Under the pieces are notes generated by a model that was not told the origin of the DNA, searched no databases, and saw only the letters and a list, made by a program, of their open reading frames with translations. A stretch of DNA of 59,611 nt, counting the filler, from Sluysia triapertura (lineage: Eukaryota): NCBI GenBank assembly GCA_046118255.1. It is 4 parts of 4 records of this genome, joined end to end, with 100 filler letters (N's around TTAATTAATTAA, not from the genome) between each part and the next. Parts side by side here need not be neighbours in the genome. Positions count along the whole stretch, not along the records: positions 1 to 13,324 come from JBJNIA010046347.1; 3 more parts are not named here. One strand, given 5' to 3'. The translations under genes and the position numbers were made by a program. Numbering within the stretch: position 1 is the stretch's first letter; each line of letters opens with the position of its first letter. Positions 1-13,424 of this stretch are shown here, in pieces.

Positions 1-469
1 ACTTGTGATTGGAAAATAAAAATAGATCACACGAAAAACAACATAGGTAAAAATTGTTTCTGTTATGCTAACTTTAATATACATGCAAACATAAAAGAAA
101 TAATATAACTTGCTCAAACAAATTCTAATTATAGTAAGTGTGACGACAAACGTGAAAGTAAGCATGTTAGTCTGTTATTTTCACATGTTTCATTAGGCCT
201 CATTTTTTTACAAACTTTATAACTAATTTTATTGATTTATTTCAAGGTAAGTAAAATTTTAATTAGATTTTTATATGGAGTGAGACTGATTACTGACCGT
301 CATCAGAGCTGACTGTCTAATGAAAGGTGTAACATAGACTGTCAACACTGGTGATGGCAGTAACTAGATTGATCAGCCATAATGAAAATTTTATTTTTGC
401 TAATTAAATAAGAATAATAATGATAACAATGATAATAATAACAACAACAATAATAATAATAGCATTGCG

Positions 470-1800
470 ATTATTATTATTGTTATTAATATAATATGCA
501 TAAACCTTATCTTCAAAGACTTTACGTGATCTGTTCTTTTGAATTCTTTAATTTCTGACATAAATAAAGTAGAAAGAAGAGTAAAAGCGGTTGTTGTTAC
601 TTAAATAGCGACGGTAAAGTGATATGTTAAACTTAAGTTGTCTTATTATTTTATAGTAAAATGATGACTTTTTTGAAGACTTTATTATGTTTACTTATGA
701 AGATAAAAGAAATGATTTGAGTTGTGTTTGGAACAAAGAATATTAGAATAAATTAGTGAAATTTATTAAAGATTTGTAATTGAAAATAAGATTCATGCCT
801 TGAAAATGATAGTTTGAGATGCTTATTGAAAGGTTGTAGTTTATTTAATTTTAAAATATGATTACAAAATAAATCTTAACGTATTTATGATGTTATTAAG
901 AATGAGTGTTGATGATGAATATGTGTAAATGAAGTGGGTTTGGTTTGGTGTAGTTGATTGGAAGTTTTAATGCAAAAGTTAACTATGTCTGAGGTACTTG
1001 TTGACGTTGTTAAGTGGTGTTATTGTATTTATGATTTGTGTATTGTATATTATGGTTGTGGTCTGTTTGATGAAATAGTTTTTGAGTGAATGCTGTGAAT
1101 TATTCGAGATTAATTAATGGAGTATGTTGTGAAGTGGATGGTTGAGAGTGTTAATCGAGTTGTATATATAAGTTGTTAAGATTATAAATGTCGAGTGTTG
1201 TTTATGATGATTGAGTTGATGTAGTTCGTAGTAAGAAGTGTGATTGCTTTATAAATTATGTTTTAGTGAAATTTAAGTCATGTATATTATTATGTTTTGA
1301 AAAATTTTAAGTTGAGTGTTGGGCACTACAATATAAATTGTGTTTGTATATGCAGCAAAAATAAGAATGTCCTATACTTTGGAAACAGGGTATATATACA
1401 ATCAATCGTGATAATTTTAAAAGCTGTTGAAGTTTTCTTTGTGCTAAAAGTAAAGTATCTTGTGTAAATACAGTTACTATTATTGCTTTGTTTATGAATG
1501 AATGCATGAATATTTCTGAACGGTTAATGACAAAAATGCTTTGCTAAATCGAAAATTTCGCGCATACTGACTATTATGATTTGATATTAGGTTTTAGAAA
1601 ATTGGGTAAAGAATACGGTAAGTATTTTATCGATCAAATACATTCAAATAGTAATTTTTTGGACATTCTTTAAGCTGTTCTAATTTCTGGTCGGAAGTCA
1701 TCCACTAGATATTTAAAGAATCCATCAATTTACTGTTTCAAAGTTTTAAATCTAATCTGTTATCGGCAAATTACGTTTTGTTTAATTTGATTAATTATTA
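470..1800 (-). mobile_element. Degenerate non-LTR retrotransposon (CR1/L2/Jockey-type) reverse transcriptase and 3' end
   Basis: Manual minus-strand translation gives ordered, frameshifted RT motifs DFRPEIRT (cf. GFRPxxST), FDLAK(A)F and SIG.FLFLLHI (cf. LGPLLFLLYI). It ends in a (TAA)n-like tail near 470. Confidence 0.6.
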
Positions 1801-1939
1801 CTACGTGTAATGCAAATAAAGGTTCACACCCTCGAACCGATGATGACAATAATGAATTTACCAAGTGACGAATCAAAACCAAGCTTTACTGAAATTTCAA
1901 GAAAAGAAAAACTAGAGAGCTCTATCTGTCGGTATTTGC

Positions 1940-2900
1940 TTTTCTTGATGTCAAATAAAGTCAATATAATTATTACTGGAGATTTTCTGAATGACAATCC
2001 GAATAGGTAAGCGTTCTAGTTATTATGATATAGTTAATAAACTTTGGTTTTATTACTTCTTTTATTTAGTTTATTTAAATATCGAGGTGGACCGAAAAAC
2101 CTAAGGACATTAAAATTATATGGCATTAAGCCACATTTTCGATATTCAAAGTACTCTAAGTGCTACAATTCTAAATTCAATAAATACCGAATCACCTTAC
2201 AATAAGATAAAAATAGATGCACTAACAGCCCTCAAATAATTCAAGCACAAAATTATCATGATAAATTGAATAATGAACTACAAAACTTTGCATAATTAAA
2301 TTTAACTACATATTTAATATTTAAATCTCAAATTATGATTAAATTATTTAGACAAAATAAGGCATAACTAAAAAATAAGCAGATGTCTCCTTTTAATAAA
2401 CGAGAATACAATACCAGAATTTTAAATTTTCATTAAATGTGTCTGCCAATTTCTTAGCCAAAGTTTTTATTAAATTGCGACATCTTTTTAATTTTTAAAT
2501 TTCATCTAAATTTTGACAAAAATTATTTAAACTAGGACAGGCTCTGGAAAACCAATATAAACCTATAATCTTCTAGATATGAAAATTTACACATTTATTA
2601 AGAAATTTGAAAATATTTTGTTGATATTCCAATGAATTAACTTGATATTTGCTAAACATTTACAAACACATATGGTATGCTAGGAATTTTACAAGCATCA
2701 TTAAGCTTCTGTTTCTGATTTCTGTTTCCTTTTTTATGCATGTTTACTTAGATAAAGCCAAAACTATAATTCGTTTCTTATATTCAAGTAGTAAGTTAAT
2801 TTGTATTAGACATACTTCAATTATTCTGTAGGAGATACAAAATCGTACGTAAATTCTAATTTTTAAAGTTGGTTCTTAAAACCAATTATAAAATCATTTT
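1940..2900 (+). mobile_element. Degenerate LINE ORF2 fragment (APE endonuclease to start of RT)
   Basis: NIIITGDF (APE GDFN motif) in ORF 1810-2010, then QYKPII and KKFENILL (cf. NYRPISL..SKIFEK), then YLDKAKTIIRFLYSSSKLICIRH (cf. LDxGKxxxxxFLDLSKAFDxVxH) in ORF 2649-2831. Confidence 0.55.
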
Positions 2901-4890
2901 TCAAAAAAATTGATTAATAAAAATAAAGCCTCAACAACTTTATTTATTTTTGTTAATATCGCAAGCATCATTAACATTTTTATTGGAACATTTTTGTAAA
3001 TTATAAACTACAACTGTGTATTAATAAAAATTCGTGTTTTATTTTTTGTATATTTGTATTAAGTAAAGAGCTTTGTCAGTTAAAGATTAATAGACCCTTA
3101 CATAAGGAGATTATAAATTTCTGTAGGTACATCAACATAAGACGTTCACTACAGATGGACCCAATTAAAAATTAAAATTAAACTTATTTTGCAAGAAAAA
3201 CATCAGCACTATATTTAATTATCATATTTATTATTTTGGCAAGAGAATTATAAATAAAAATTAAATTATCAAATACTAATAATATAAGGTAATTAATATT
3301 ATTCTCTGCCTAAAAATGTTTCTTTGATTATAATTAATTTTATTGTGTTAATTTTTTTAATTAAGTAGGATCTGGAAATTAAAGAAAAAAAATAAACTTA
3401 TTGAGTTTTAACTTATAATCTAATAAAACTCATCGGAAGAAAAATTGGAATAGTTAATTAATATACAACTTATATAAACTTAAAATTCTTTTGAAAAGAT
3501 AGTCTCCAAGAGATTTGTGACTAATTTGACTAAAATAAAAACTTACTGTCGCACTTCCATTTCAGATCACCGAAACGATTATCTGAATTCACGATTCCAG
3601 AGAAGAATAGAAATACTAAATAAGTGCTGATAATATTCTAAGAATAAGCTAATAAAGAAAGCTTCCATTGATAAAAAATTAGACCTCCAGGTAAATTTAG
3701 GTGAAAATATCATTAAAGAGCTCATTACGAATAAATATAATTTCTAAAGAAAATAAAACATCGCTCAGACATATCTAAATTTTTCCTAAGTCAGCAAATT
3801 GATTAAAGAAGCACAAACATAATACATAAACTTTGAAGATTCAATTAGCTGAAGTTTTACTAGTTTTCTATTAGAAGAATTCCACACACAAAGTTAATTT
3901 TTACATATACATTTTTGGGTAATTTGTCTTGTGTGGTTTCATAAATATTAAAGTATACGTTTTGTGTAATCTGTTTTTTGTTATACTTTAATATTAAAGA
4001 TGTTGTATGATATAAAAAAATTTTTCGTTAATATAATTTAATGATATATTTTTATTTTATGTATTATTATTATATATTATATAAAATATTATTATTATAT
4101 ATTATATAAAATATTGTTATTTTATATATTAATATAATTTTTGAAGTGATCGTTGATCCAATTAAGGTAACTTTACATAAGATACATATTTGAGCACCTA
4201 GCAAAGCCGCTAACGATAATTTTATGTTAAAAATTAAAAGTATATGCATGTAATATAAAATTACGTAAATAAGTTCCAAGATTTGCCCCTTTGGATTGTT
4301 GTGCATATATGTCGTTGAATGATGAATATACCTAATGCAGAGGATCAAAGTGGATATTTTGTAGTGTCTAATTAAACAAGTACTTTGTACATTAATTATA
4401 CACTTAGGGAACCTAATAAGGACTAAAAAGAATAAAAAATTATAAAAATTCAAAAGCATAAAAGTATCACAAGCATTCAAAGAATTTAAACAAGACTAAA
4501 TTAAGGAGCAAAAGATTTCGCATCCTTAAAAGAAATTATAATTGGAGCTTACAAATCAGTTTAACAATTCAACACTTACAGTGCTGAAATAATCAGCAAG
4601 TAGCAAATCGAAAATTGTATAAAATAATATTTTCAAATATTATTTAGCGTTACTTAATGCTAACATACTGAAAGAACCAATAATCGACAAATCGAGAATT
4701 GTACAAAATCTTTTATTAACCAATATTAACCTATTGAAGCAATCATGATTTCGCATATAATGTATGATACTTTTACTCTTTTATACATTTTTAACATAAA
4801 TTTTACGCTACTTAAAAGATTTTACGATCAATAAATTTAATTTATTTTTATTTGTAATACAATAAATCCATTAATATAATTATTACTTAC

Positions 4891-5370
4891 TTGATCTTCT
4901 TTACATTCTAAATTTTGTTTTGGTTTCTTTAGTACTTTTATAGTTGGTGTAGAAACATCACGTTTCTTAGAATCTTTATTAATATTATTGTTTTCTGAAT
5001 CATTTTTCTGTAAACGAATTGATGATACATCCTTTTCTGATACTATGCTACCCCTTATTGAGCAATTTTCTACTTTGTTATTATTATTTTCATTACCAAA
5101 TGGCTGTATATCATCAATTATATCTTCATTATTATTTTCTGATTCATTTTTAACTTCATTATTTTTTTCATTTTGATCAAATGGTTGTAAAGTAATATTA
5201 TCATCACATGGGGAAATCGGCTTTTCAGAATTTAGGAAAGATTTTAAATTCCGTTTCAACGCAGCATTATTTAACTCTTTACCAACTGGAACGGAATTGA
5301 TACTATTGCGATCGAATTCATCATTAAAACTATTTGTATGTCCATTAATAATAGAAGCCGGTAAACTCAT
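4891..5370 (-). CDS. Probable first coding exon (160 codons) of an unknown Asn/Ser/acidic-rich protein
   Basis: Uninterrupted ATG-started ORF in very AT-rich DNA with disordered-protein composition. A canonical phase-0 donor CAA|GTAAGT lies at 4890, after which the ORF reads like intron. Downstream exons were not identified. Confidence 0.55.
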
Positions 5371-6132
5371 TTCAGAAAATTGAAAAAAATAATGTTACTA
5401 AAAATTTAAATTGTATCTAAATAAGAATTTAGAAATGATTAAATAAATGTTTTTATTATAATAATCTGTTGTAACATGACACTTATAAAAGTTATATAGT
5501 TTCTCTAATAAGTCTTTATTCAAAAAAGGCGGCTAATAAATATATTATGTTTCTATGTAAATTTTTAAAATGGTACTAAAATAAAAACAACAGATAAAGA
5601 AAGTAAATAAAATATATAACTTTATGATCATTCCTAATATGATCATTGTAGCATTTGACTTAAACATTTTTAAAATACAAAGTGTGCACATGAATTTTTA
5701 TCAGGATATTATTCATTTTAAATACTAAAAATTACTTATTTCTTTTAAGAATAACAAGTTTTATTAATATATTTTGTGACATTCTTTTAGTAGAGCCACT
5801 TAATCTAAAAGATAAAGGTTTTTATAATTATTTTAGTTTATTGAAAACATATAAATATAAAATAAAAGTTTTAAAGTAAAATAAAAAATTTAAAGATAAA
5901 ATAAAAGTATATTTATTTAAATTCGATATAAAATAAATTAAAATAAAATAATAACAATCTGGCATTTAAAATTTGAAGTCACAATATTTACTTATGTTAT
6001 GAATGATGGAAGAATGTAGTATAACGATCTTAATTAAAATTATGTTAAGTATGTCAAAATATCGAAATAATTATTTTATGTAAAGAACTGTAAATCAAAT
6101 TTTCATAAAAATGTAAAAGTTTTTATGCCACT

Positions 6133-7240
6133 GTGTCATCATTAATTATATATCATTACTTTATATAACATCATCTATATAAAGTACTGTTCGTTTTAAT
6201 TCTATATGAACAATTATAAAAAATTTTAGAGAGTGGGTTCGCCTACGATAAACGCTTTATCTTAACTGGAAGGACGTTTTCGTAGGATTTTAAAGTGCTT
6301 AAAACTGAATGTCAAAAATTAAATCTGCGATGCTAATTAATGTCAATCTAATTTCTCAAATGATTAATTTCTTTCGCTATCTTTTTGCTTAGAACTTTAT
6401 TTTAAACGTTAGTTGTGACACTGATTTTCTAATTATAAAACTTTGTAATTTTAATCAAATTGTCTTTTAAAAATTTATCTTGAAAACTTTAAAAATCAAA
6501 ATTAAGTAAACAAAAGAATACGAACGAATTTTTATTGTACATAAAATATTATAAAAAACTATGTATACAATACGAGGATTTAGATAAATAAATATAAAAT
6601 ATTAATTTATATAACAATTTTTGTAATTTAAGTATATATTAACCCAGAGGTTATCTTTGGGTGTCTTAAAAGTTCAATTATTAATTTACGTGGATTTTAA
6701 GACCGCTTTTATTAGGGTCGCAACTTATAGGAAATAAGCTTACTTAGTACAAAAGTTGATAATCAATCTATTCCAGCAATCCGTTAATTCTGCAACCAAA
6801 TATTCTTCTTGAAATCCAATCAATCGATAATTCACTTGAGTAACCAAATATCTTTCTTGAAATCTAAATAATCGACAATCCACTTGAACAACCAAATATC
6901 TTTCTTTAAATCCAAATAATCGACAATCCACTTGAAATCCTTCTAATTCAATAAGCTAATCTTTAATACGCGAATCTAGATTTTTAACCAAAATTCTTTT
7001 TAAAAACTAATAATTTTTCTCAATGTCTTACTTTATATACGTGCGCTTATTTCCTTTATTAAATCAGCTATTTCCTTTAGATGTTTGATAAATATTTAAA
7101 AATTGTATAAATAATTATTAATAAACAAATAAATATTGATTTAATTATTCACTGTAAATGATGTAAATGACTAAATATTAACTTCCTTTACTAATTTATT
7201 ATTCGAAAAATAATGTAAATAATTATAAATGACTTCCTTT
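6133..7240 (-). mobile_element. LTR-like repeat (solo or 5' LTR), member of a family dispersed through the window
   Basis: Minus strand reads AAAGGAAGT boxes, CGTATATAAAG (TATA-like), AAGTAAGCT..TAAGTT, ACGTC..ATAAA.CGT..AGGCGAACCCA, and ends ...ACA followed by GTGGCA (PBS-like TGG). Subsets of these motifs recur at about 8030-8500, 16980, 26060-26200, 39985-40385 and 59560. Confidence 0.45.
6795..6936. repeat. Three tandem copies of a 48-bp unit
   Basis: Units of the form ACCAAATATCTTTCTTGAAATCTAAATAATCGACAATCCACTTGAACA start at 6795, 6843 and 6891. This explains the 16-aa periodicity of ORF 6740-6931. Confidence 0.95.
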
Positions 7241-8029
7241 GTTAATCATAAAACTAATTTTAATTATATACAACTAAAAAAAATTTTTTTTAACTTTTAT
7301 TTTTTACAATAAATATTATTTTACAAATTTTACATATTCATTTTATTTACATAAAAAAATTTATTAAACTTTTGTTACTTACAATATTTATTAAACTTTT
7401 ATACAATACTTGTTAAACTTTTATTATTTACACATTTAATTAATTTTCAAAAACTCATCATGCATAGATACTAATAAAACAAGGAAAATACGATAAAAAG
7501 TGAATACTAATAAGCATAAAGAAAAAATAAAAGGCAAGAATGATCTAATTAACACATAGTAAAAATATATTACCAAAACGAAAATAATTAAATGATATAC
7601 AGAGAAAATCGCATACTCAACTATAAGTATATGATCCTTGCATAGGGATTATTACAGAATAAAATAAATCTATAAAACTGAGCAGGGTCCGGTTACAGTA
7701 AATGTCGTACAAGTTGGAGTTGGCGCTTGCGTAACTAATAAGTTAAAAATTCTGCTATAATTACTTAAAAAACAAGTTTAAATCGTTATTATCTTAACTA
7801 TTTTTAAGAAGGTCTTAATTATTTTACGCTAAATGTGTATATATTAATAAATTTTAGTATAAAATGTAAATATTATTAATTGTAATTGTAATTGTAAATA
7901 TTATTAAATTTAATATAAAATTTCGTATTTTAATTATAAATATTAAATTTTATATAATACTAAATATTTTAAATGTTAAAAACTTGGACTGATATGAACT
8001 TTTATGTAAATAATTAATAATTATTTGAA

Positions 8030-8520
8030 CTGAATCATATTTAGTATAATTAAGTAATTAAAATCTATGCGTGATAATTTATAAATATTAATTAATTAGT
8101 TAATATATGAGTGACATATTTTCCTTATATATAAAGCAAATAAACTTTAAAAAGTGGACACAAATAAAATCACTAAAAAGTTATCCAAAAGGCTATCATA
8201 CAAAAGAAAGACTTATTACAAGCTAGTTGGACAAAACGTTTCTTCAAAAAACAAGACAGAATTAATCAAGCTTCTAAACTACTTTTTCTATCAAACTACT
8301 CCTTCGATCAAGACATCAGTTACTCATTTATTTGGAATTTTTATGATGATTCAAAACAATAAGTAAGCTTGTTACTGTTAAGTTGCACATTGATACTTTG
8401 CGTTAAAATCTTAGGTAAAATCACTGATAACTTCAAAAATCCAAGCATTCGCTCGGATCAAAATCTTTATTAAAATTATATTTTTATTATCATTACTTGA
8501 AAGAATAAATCTTATTTATA
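8030..8520 (+). mobile_element. LTR-like family copy
   Basis: TATATAAAGC followed by AATAAGTAAGCTTGTTACTGTTAAGTTGC, matching the motif order in 6133-7240 (-) and at 39985 (+). Confidence 0.35.
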
Positions 8521-11500
8521 ATATTCATTTTGTACATTTAATATATTTTTACTCTTTGATAACGTCTCGTTTATAATATTCATTTTATACGTTTATTTTT
8601 ATACTTAGTTTACGAATAAAATTTACTTATTTCGAGTTGAAAATAGTTCCTCTTAATACATGCTGATTAAAAATATATAATTTTCAAGGTAAAATTGAGT
8701 TAATTTTTGTAAAATAAAAAAAAATTATTCTCTACGAGTTAAAAAATAAATAAGCGTAAAGAAAATTCAATAACCATTAACCGTTCGTTTAAACTGAAAA
8801 ATATTGACTCTCATTAATTAAATTGCTACAAGAATTAGAATACACTTTCGTATTCTAATATACGTCTTTCTCGTAATATAAGTCGTGTTTTATAATTATA
8901 GTTTTATAATTGTTTTAAACTTAGAAATATTGAACAAATGTGTCCATTTATCGAAATGAAAACAGTTATTAAACAATACTGAATTTTTATTAACTACACA
9001 TAAATTCAGGTAATAAAAGAAAAAGGATGTAAGTTAAAAATTAAAATTCTAAAAGAATATTTAATTTAATTAGTAATTTTATTGATTCAAAATTCCTCTC
9101 AGTAGATAGAGGTAAAAACAAGGTTTAATTAAAGATTTTAGCGTATTATTTTAAAATTTTTATCTCCTCCAGGAAGATAAAAATTCCTTATAAAAAACAA
9201 ATTAGCATATGCATGGAAATAAAATTGTTGCCTAATATCCAAATACAGAAATCTTCAAATAAAGTTGTTGAGTCAAATAACTGCAGCAAAACTAGACAAA
9301 GGACCTAGTTTAGAACAAAGATAAAAAATCATGACTAACTATTGTACTGATTCCAGTTTATGTACTAGTCATCAGCCAATAGAAATTGATGGAATGTTCT
9401 AGAACATTGTAGACTCTTCTATTCTAGTTTTAGAAGCTTATTTTCCTTTTTGGAATTTCTATTTTCTTTTTTCAAAAATAATTTATTTATTTTTTAGAAA
9501 ATAAATGTTTTTTTTGGATATTTGGAAACTTTATATAATTTTTAAATGATCAAAAAAATTTTTTTAATAATTTTAGAAGGTCGTGATGGCAACATAACAT
9601 TACATTGAATATTTTATGGGGTGAAAATCGTGCAGAGGAAAACATTATATAAAAATAAAAACTTTTGGTATAGTTTCATTATTTATTTTCAGATAAAGAA
9701 TAATGAACATTGAATACTTTTAGTTGATTAATTATTGGATATTGGAGTAAAAATTTTAAAGTAAGTGCAGGATTATAAAATAAAATAATGAAAATAAGCT
9801 CTAAATCAAAGTAAAACAAATATTTTATTAAGTGTAAGCATTATTTATTTTTGCTATATTTTAGTAAATAATTATTTTAATCAAACTTAGTCCTAATGCC
9901 GCAGGGATTTTTAATTATAACTCATGCGTCAAACCGCACTTCGTTTTTTGTTGAAGAAGAGACAACTCATAAGTATTAACGATAACCTAAAATTGTAAAT
10001 ATAAAATTTAAAGTATCGACTAAGAATATGAATAACAATTAAAATAAAATGAGTAAAAATAATCAAACTTCAAATTTTAAGAAACATAAATTTTACAAAT
10101 TAAATAAATTAAATTCTGCAATCCCATAATTTTCAAAAATTTCAAATCGTCAAATTTATCATTAAATATAATGTTATAATCAAAATTTAAAAAAATGACG
10201 CATTCAACATTGTAGAGTTAAATTTTGAATTTTAAAAGTTTTGAAAAGTGGACATAATTGTTTTTATTGATGTTAGAACTTTCTTAAAAATATAAATAAT
10301 TATAAATAATTTATTTCAATTTATTTCAAGAGAAAATTTCGTATAATTAGATTTAAAGGATATAAATAAAACATTTTAATAAAGTATTAATGTAATTATA
10401 ATTATAATTATTTTTTACTGAATCTTTTAATATTCAAATTTCTGAAAGCCAGGACGAATTTTATACGGGATAAATTTTGTTTATTATTAAATATAATTGC
10501 TATAATTATACATCTTTCATTCCAATAAAATACTAATCATTCGTTAGTTTGAAATTTGTCAGTTTATATGATATGCTTGTTAGTGTATTTCATTTTTATT
10601 CATTCATTCATTTATTGTCAATAAAAACGCGGTTATTATACAGATTATTGTTTATAATAATAATAATTATTATTACAACTATTATTGTTGTTTCTATTAT
10701 AATTATAATAATAATTATTATTAATTATATAACAGACCCTAGAATGTGAAAATAAAATATTCTTTTACTTTAGTAAATCTAATTTATGTTTAATAAATTG
10801 TATAATATATTTGTTATTTTAAATTTGGTGCGAGTGAGTTATGTTAATGTGTAATAATAATTTCAAGTCGGTATTACGTAAGTACTTCTAAAGGTACTAA
10901 AACTTAAAAAGCAAACTTTCGAATTTTACAAAAGAAGGTTTATTTCTCCAAATATTTGAAGCAGCTGTACAAGAAAGAATATTTAAGTGGTAAACTCCTT
11001 AGATACTAAAAAAAGTGTGTGATTCTTTCAAAAATGTATATTTATATCAATTTTCAAGGTTGACCTTGAATGGTAATATTCAAACAATTAAATAATTTTA
11101 TAGTCTGTTTACATTGAAATAGTTTTAATAAAATAAATTACTTACATTATTAAATTAGTTTTATAAATTCTTTATATTTTCCAATTAATTTTATAAATTC
11201 CAGAAAGTATTAATTATACAAATAAATAAAATTGTATGTTACAAAATCAATAAAAAATGAACATATATCAACAAATAAATATATTTTGATAATGATATAA
11301 TAATAGTAGCAGTCAATAGTCTAATAATAGATCATAGTGTGTCTTTATTAAAAATTTTTAAATCAATGTAATATTATTTGAGTATTAATGGAGGTGTTTT
11401 CAACAAAATTAAAAAAAGTCGTGTTTAACATATAACAATCTGAGTGTGTTTGTATTACTTCTTATTTCCTTACAAAGTCCTACTGAAGAATGCTTTCTTT

Positions 11501-12541
11501 TCGTTATAGTTTAAAGTTAAAATTTGCTGTTTTATTGATGTAAATATACACATTAAAATACCTTCCATTGTTAATATTTACCTTTCATTTCATCAAACAT
11601 CTGCAGTTAAAAACTGTTACATTAAATGTAATTAAACAATGATGCACAATGTACAATGTTACACTTTACAATATTCCTAGTAGAGAAATAATGAAGATAA
11701 ACAAAATGCTACACCATATATATATATATAGCTTAGATTTTATTCATTTTATTAAAATAACAGAGATTCTATACAAATAAACTTACGAATTAATTGTTTA
11801 ATAAATGATATTGATTGATCAGAATATCAATAATGCTGCTATGTGACACACGTATCAAATAGATTTCAACAACGTTAGAATAACTCTGCTAGACAGCAAA
11901 AGTTATTCGTCTGGTTTTCAATGTCTTCCAAAATTATCCACATTTAAATTCGTAAGTATACAAAAAATTTTATTTATATTGTATTATGATATTATAGTTT
12001 TCATATGAAATTTATTTTTTCACAATTCAAGTTTTTGTGTAATGTTATTATATAATTATTACTATAAATAATTTAGATTTGATTGTTGACACAAATACAT
12101 TCAGGAATCAATAAAATTTTGACAATAAATTCAATCTTAATTTTTAAAATAAATAAAACTAAAATTAAGTTCACATATATAAAAATTGAGAAATCGTATT
12201 CAAAGACCATAAATTTAAGACCATAACTTAATACATAATAAATTATTCGAAAAGTATGCTATATCTTTTTCTATATTGGATTGAAAGGATAAATATTTTC
12301 AAAATGAACATTTAATTATTTTTACAATTATTGTCACCTGCCAATGAAATTATTAAAGAAAATAAAGAGAATCCTGACATAATTGATAATTTTTAAAGTA
12401 ATAAATTAAAAAAATGAAATTATGAATCAAAAAGATAATAAGCATATTATATTAATTGCGAGAAATAGGAAAATTTCAAATTTTTAATTATCTTTTTTAA
12501 ACACAATTTCTTAGAAAAAATTACTGTTGTTAAAGCAATGA

Positions 12542-12598
<57 letters not shown>
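12542..12598. repeat. (AAT)n microsatellite
   Basis: Perfect AAT run. Confidence 0.95.
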
Positions 12599-12599
<1 letters not shown>

Positions 12600-13324
12600 C
12601 TAGTGTTTTATTAATTTTAATTGAAACATATCTTTAAACTCTCGAGAAAAGGTTTAATATTTATGCAACTTACAAATGCCCATTTGATATACTTAAAAGT
12701 GTATTATTATAATTTTAAAAATTTAAGAGTCCATGCTATGTTTCTTGTTATTATAATTTTGGATGACTCAACTGACATATTAAATTTTTACTCGTAAAAT
12801 AAATTAAACGAATGTAATTTTTTCTTTATTTGTAATAATAAAAGAAAGATTAATTATAAGTATAATAAAACAAAGACGAAGTATGAAAGTATGATGTGAT
12901 TCAACCCTTTTACATAGAATTTTATTAAAAGACCACTTAAAATGTCACGCATTACAATAGCACATCTAAATAGTTCAATACATAAAATAACACTGCAGAA
13001 TAATATAATAACATGATAGTATTAGGCTGTCATCACAACCCTCTAAAATTAATATATAAAATGCTTTAAAATTAGTTGTAAATTTTTAAAATCATTTAAA
13101 AAATAATTATTTTCCGAAAAATAAAATTATTTTCCAAAAATGAAAACATTCTTATCATTATTATTGCGTATCATTATTTTTTAATATTTGGATTGTCGTA
13201 TAATATATTAACAATAATAATAATGATAATAATGATAATAATAATGATGCTGGGTTCTTTTTTAACCTAAAGATTTACCTACAGCAAAAAATAATTAATA
13301 TTTATGAGTCCGTTTACAGTATAC

Positions 13325-13424
13325 NNNNNNNNNNNNNNNNNNNNNNNNNNNNNNNNNNNNNNNNNNNNTTAATTAATTAANNNNNNNNNNNNNNNNNNNN
13401 NNNNNNNNNNNNNNNNNNNNNNNN
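13325..13424. other. Assembly gap with synthetic linker
   Basis: 44 N + TTAATTAATTAA + 44 N. Confidence 0.97.

Noticed and set aside
4070-4480. 136-aa minus ORF; possible Tc1/mariner SPDLNPLD-like motif on plus
   Set aside because: The ORF has AT-rich noise composition, and the transposase motif is a single frameshifted match.
13369-13380. TTAATTAATTAA palindrome recurring at 13369, 26285 and 39607
   Set aside because: Always centred in exactly 44+44 N; it is an artificial all-frame-stop scaffold linker.
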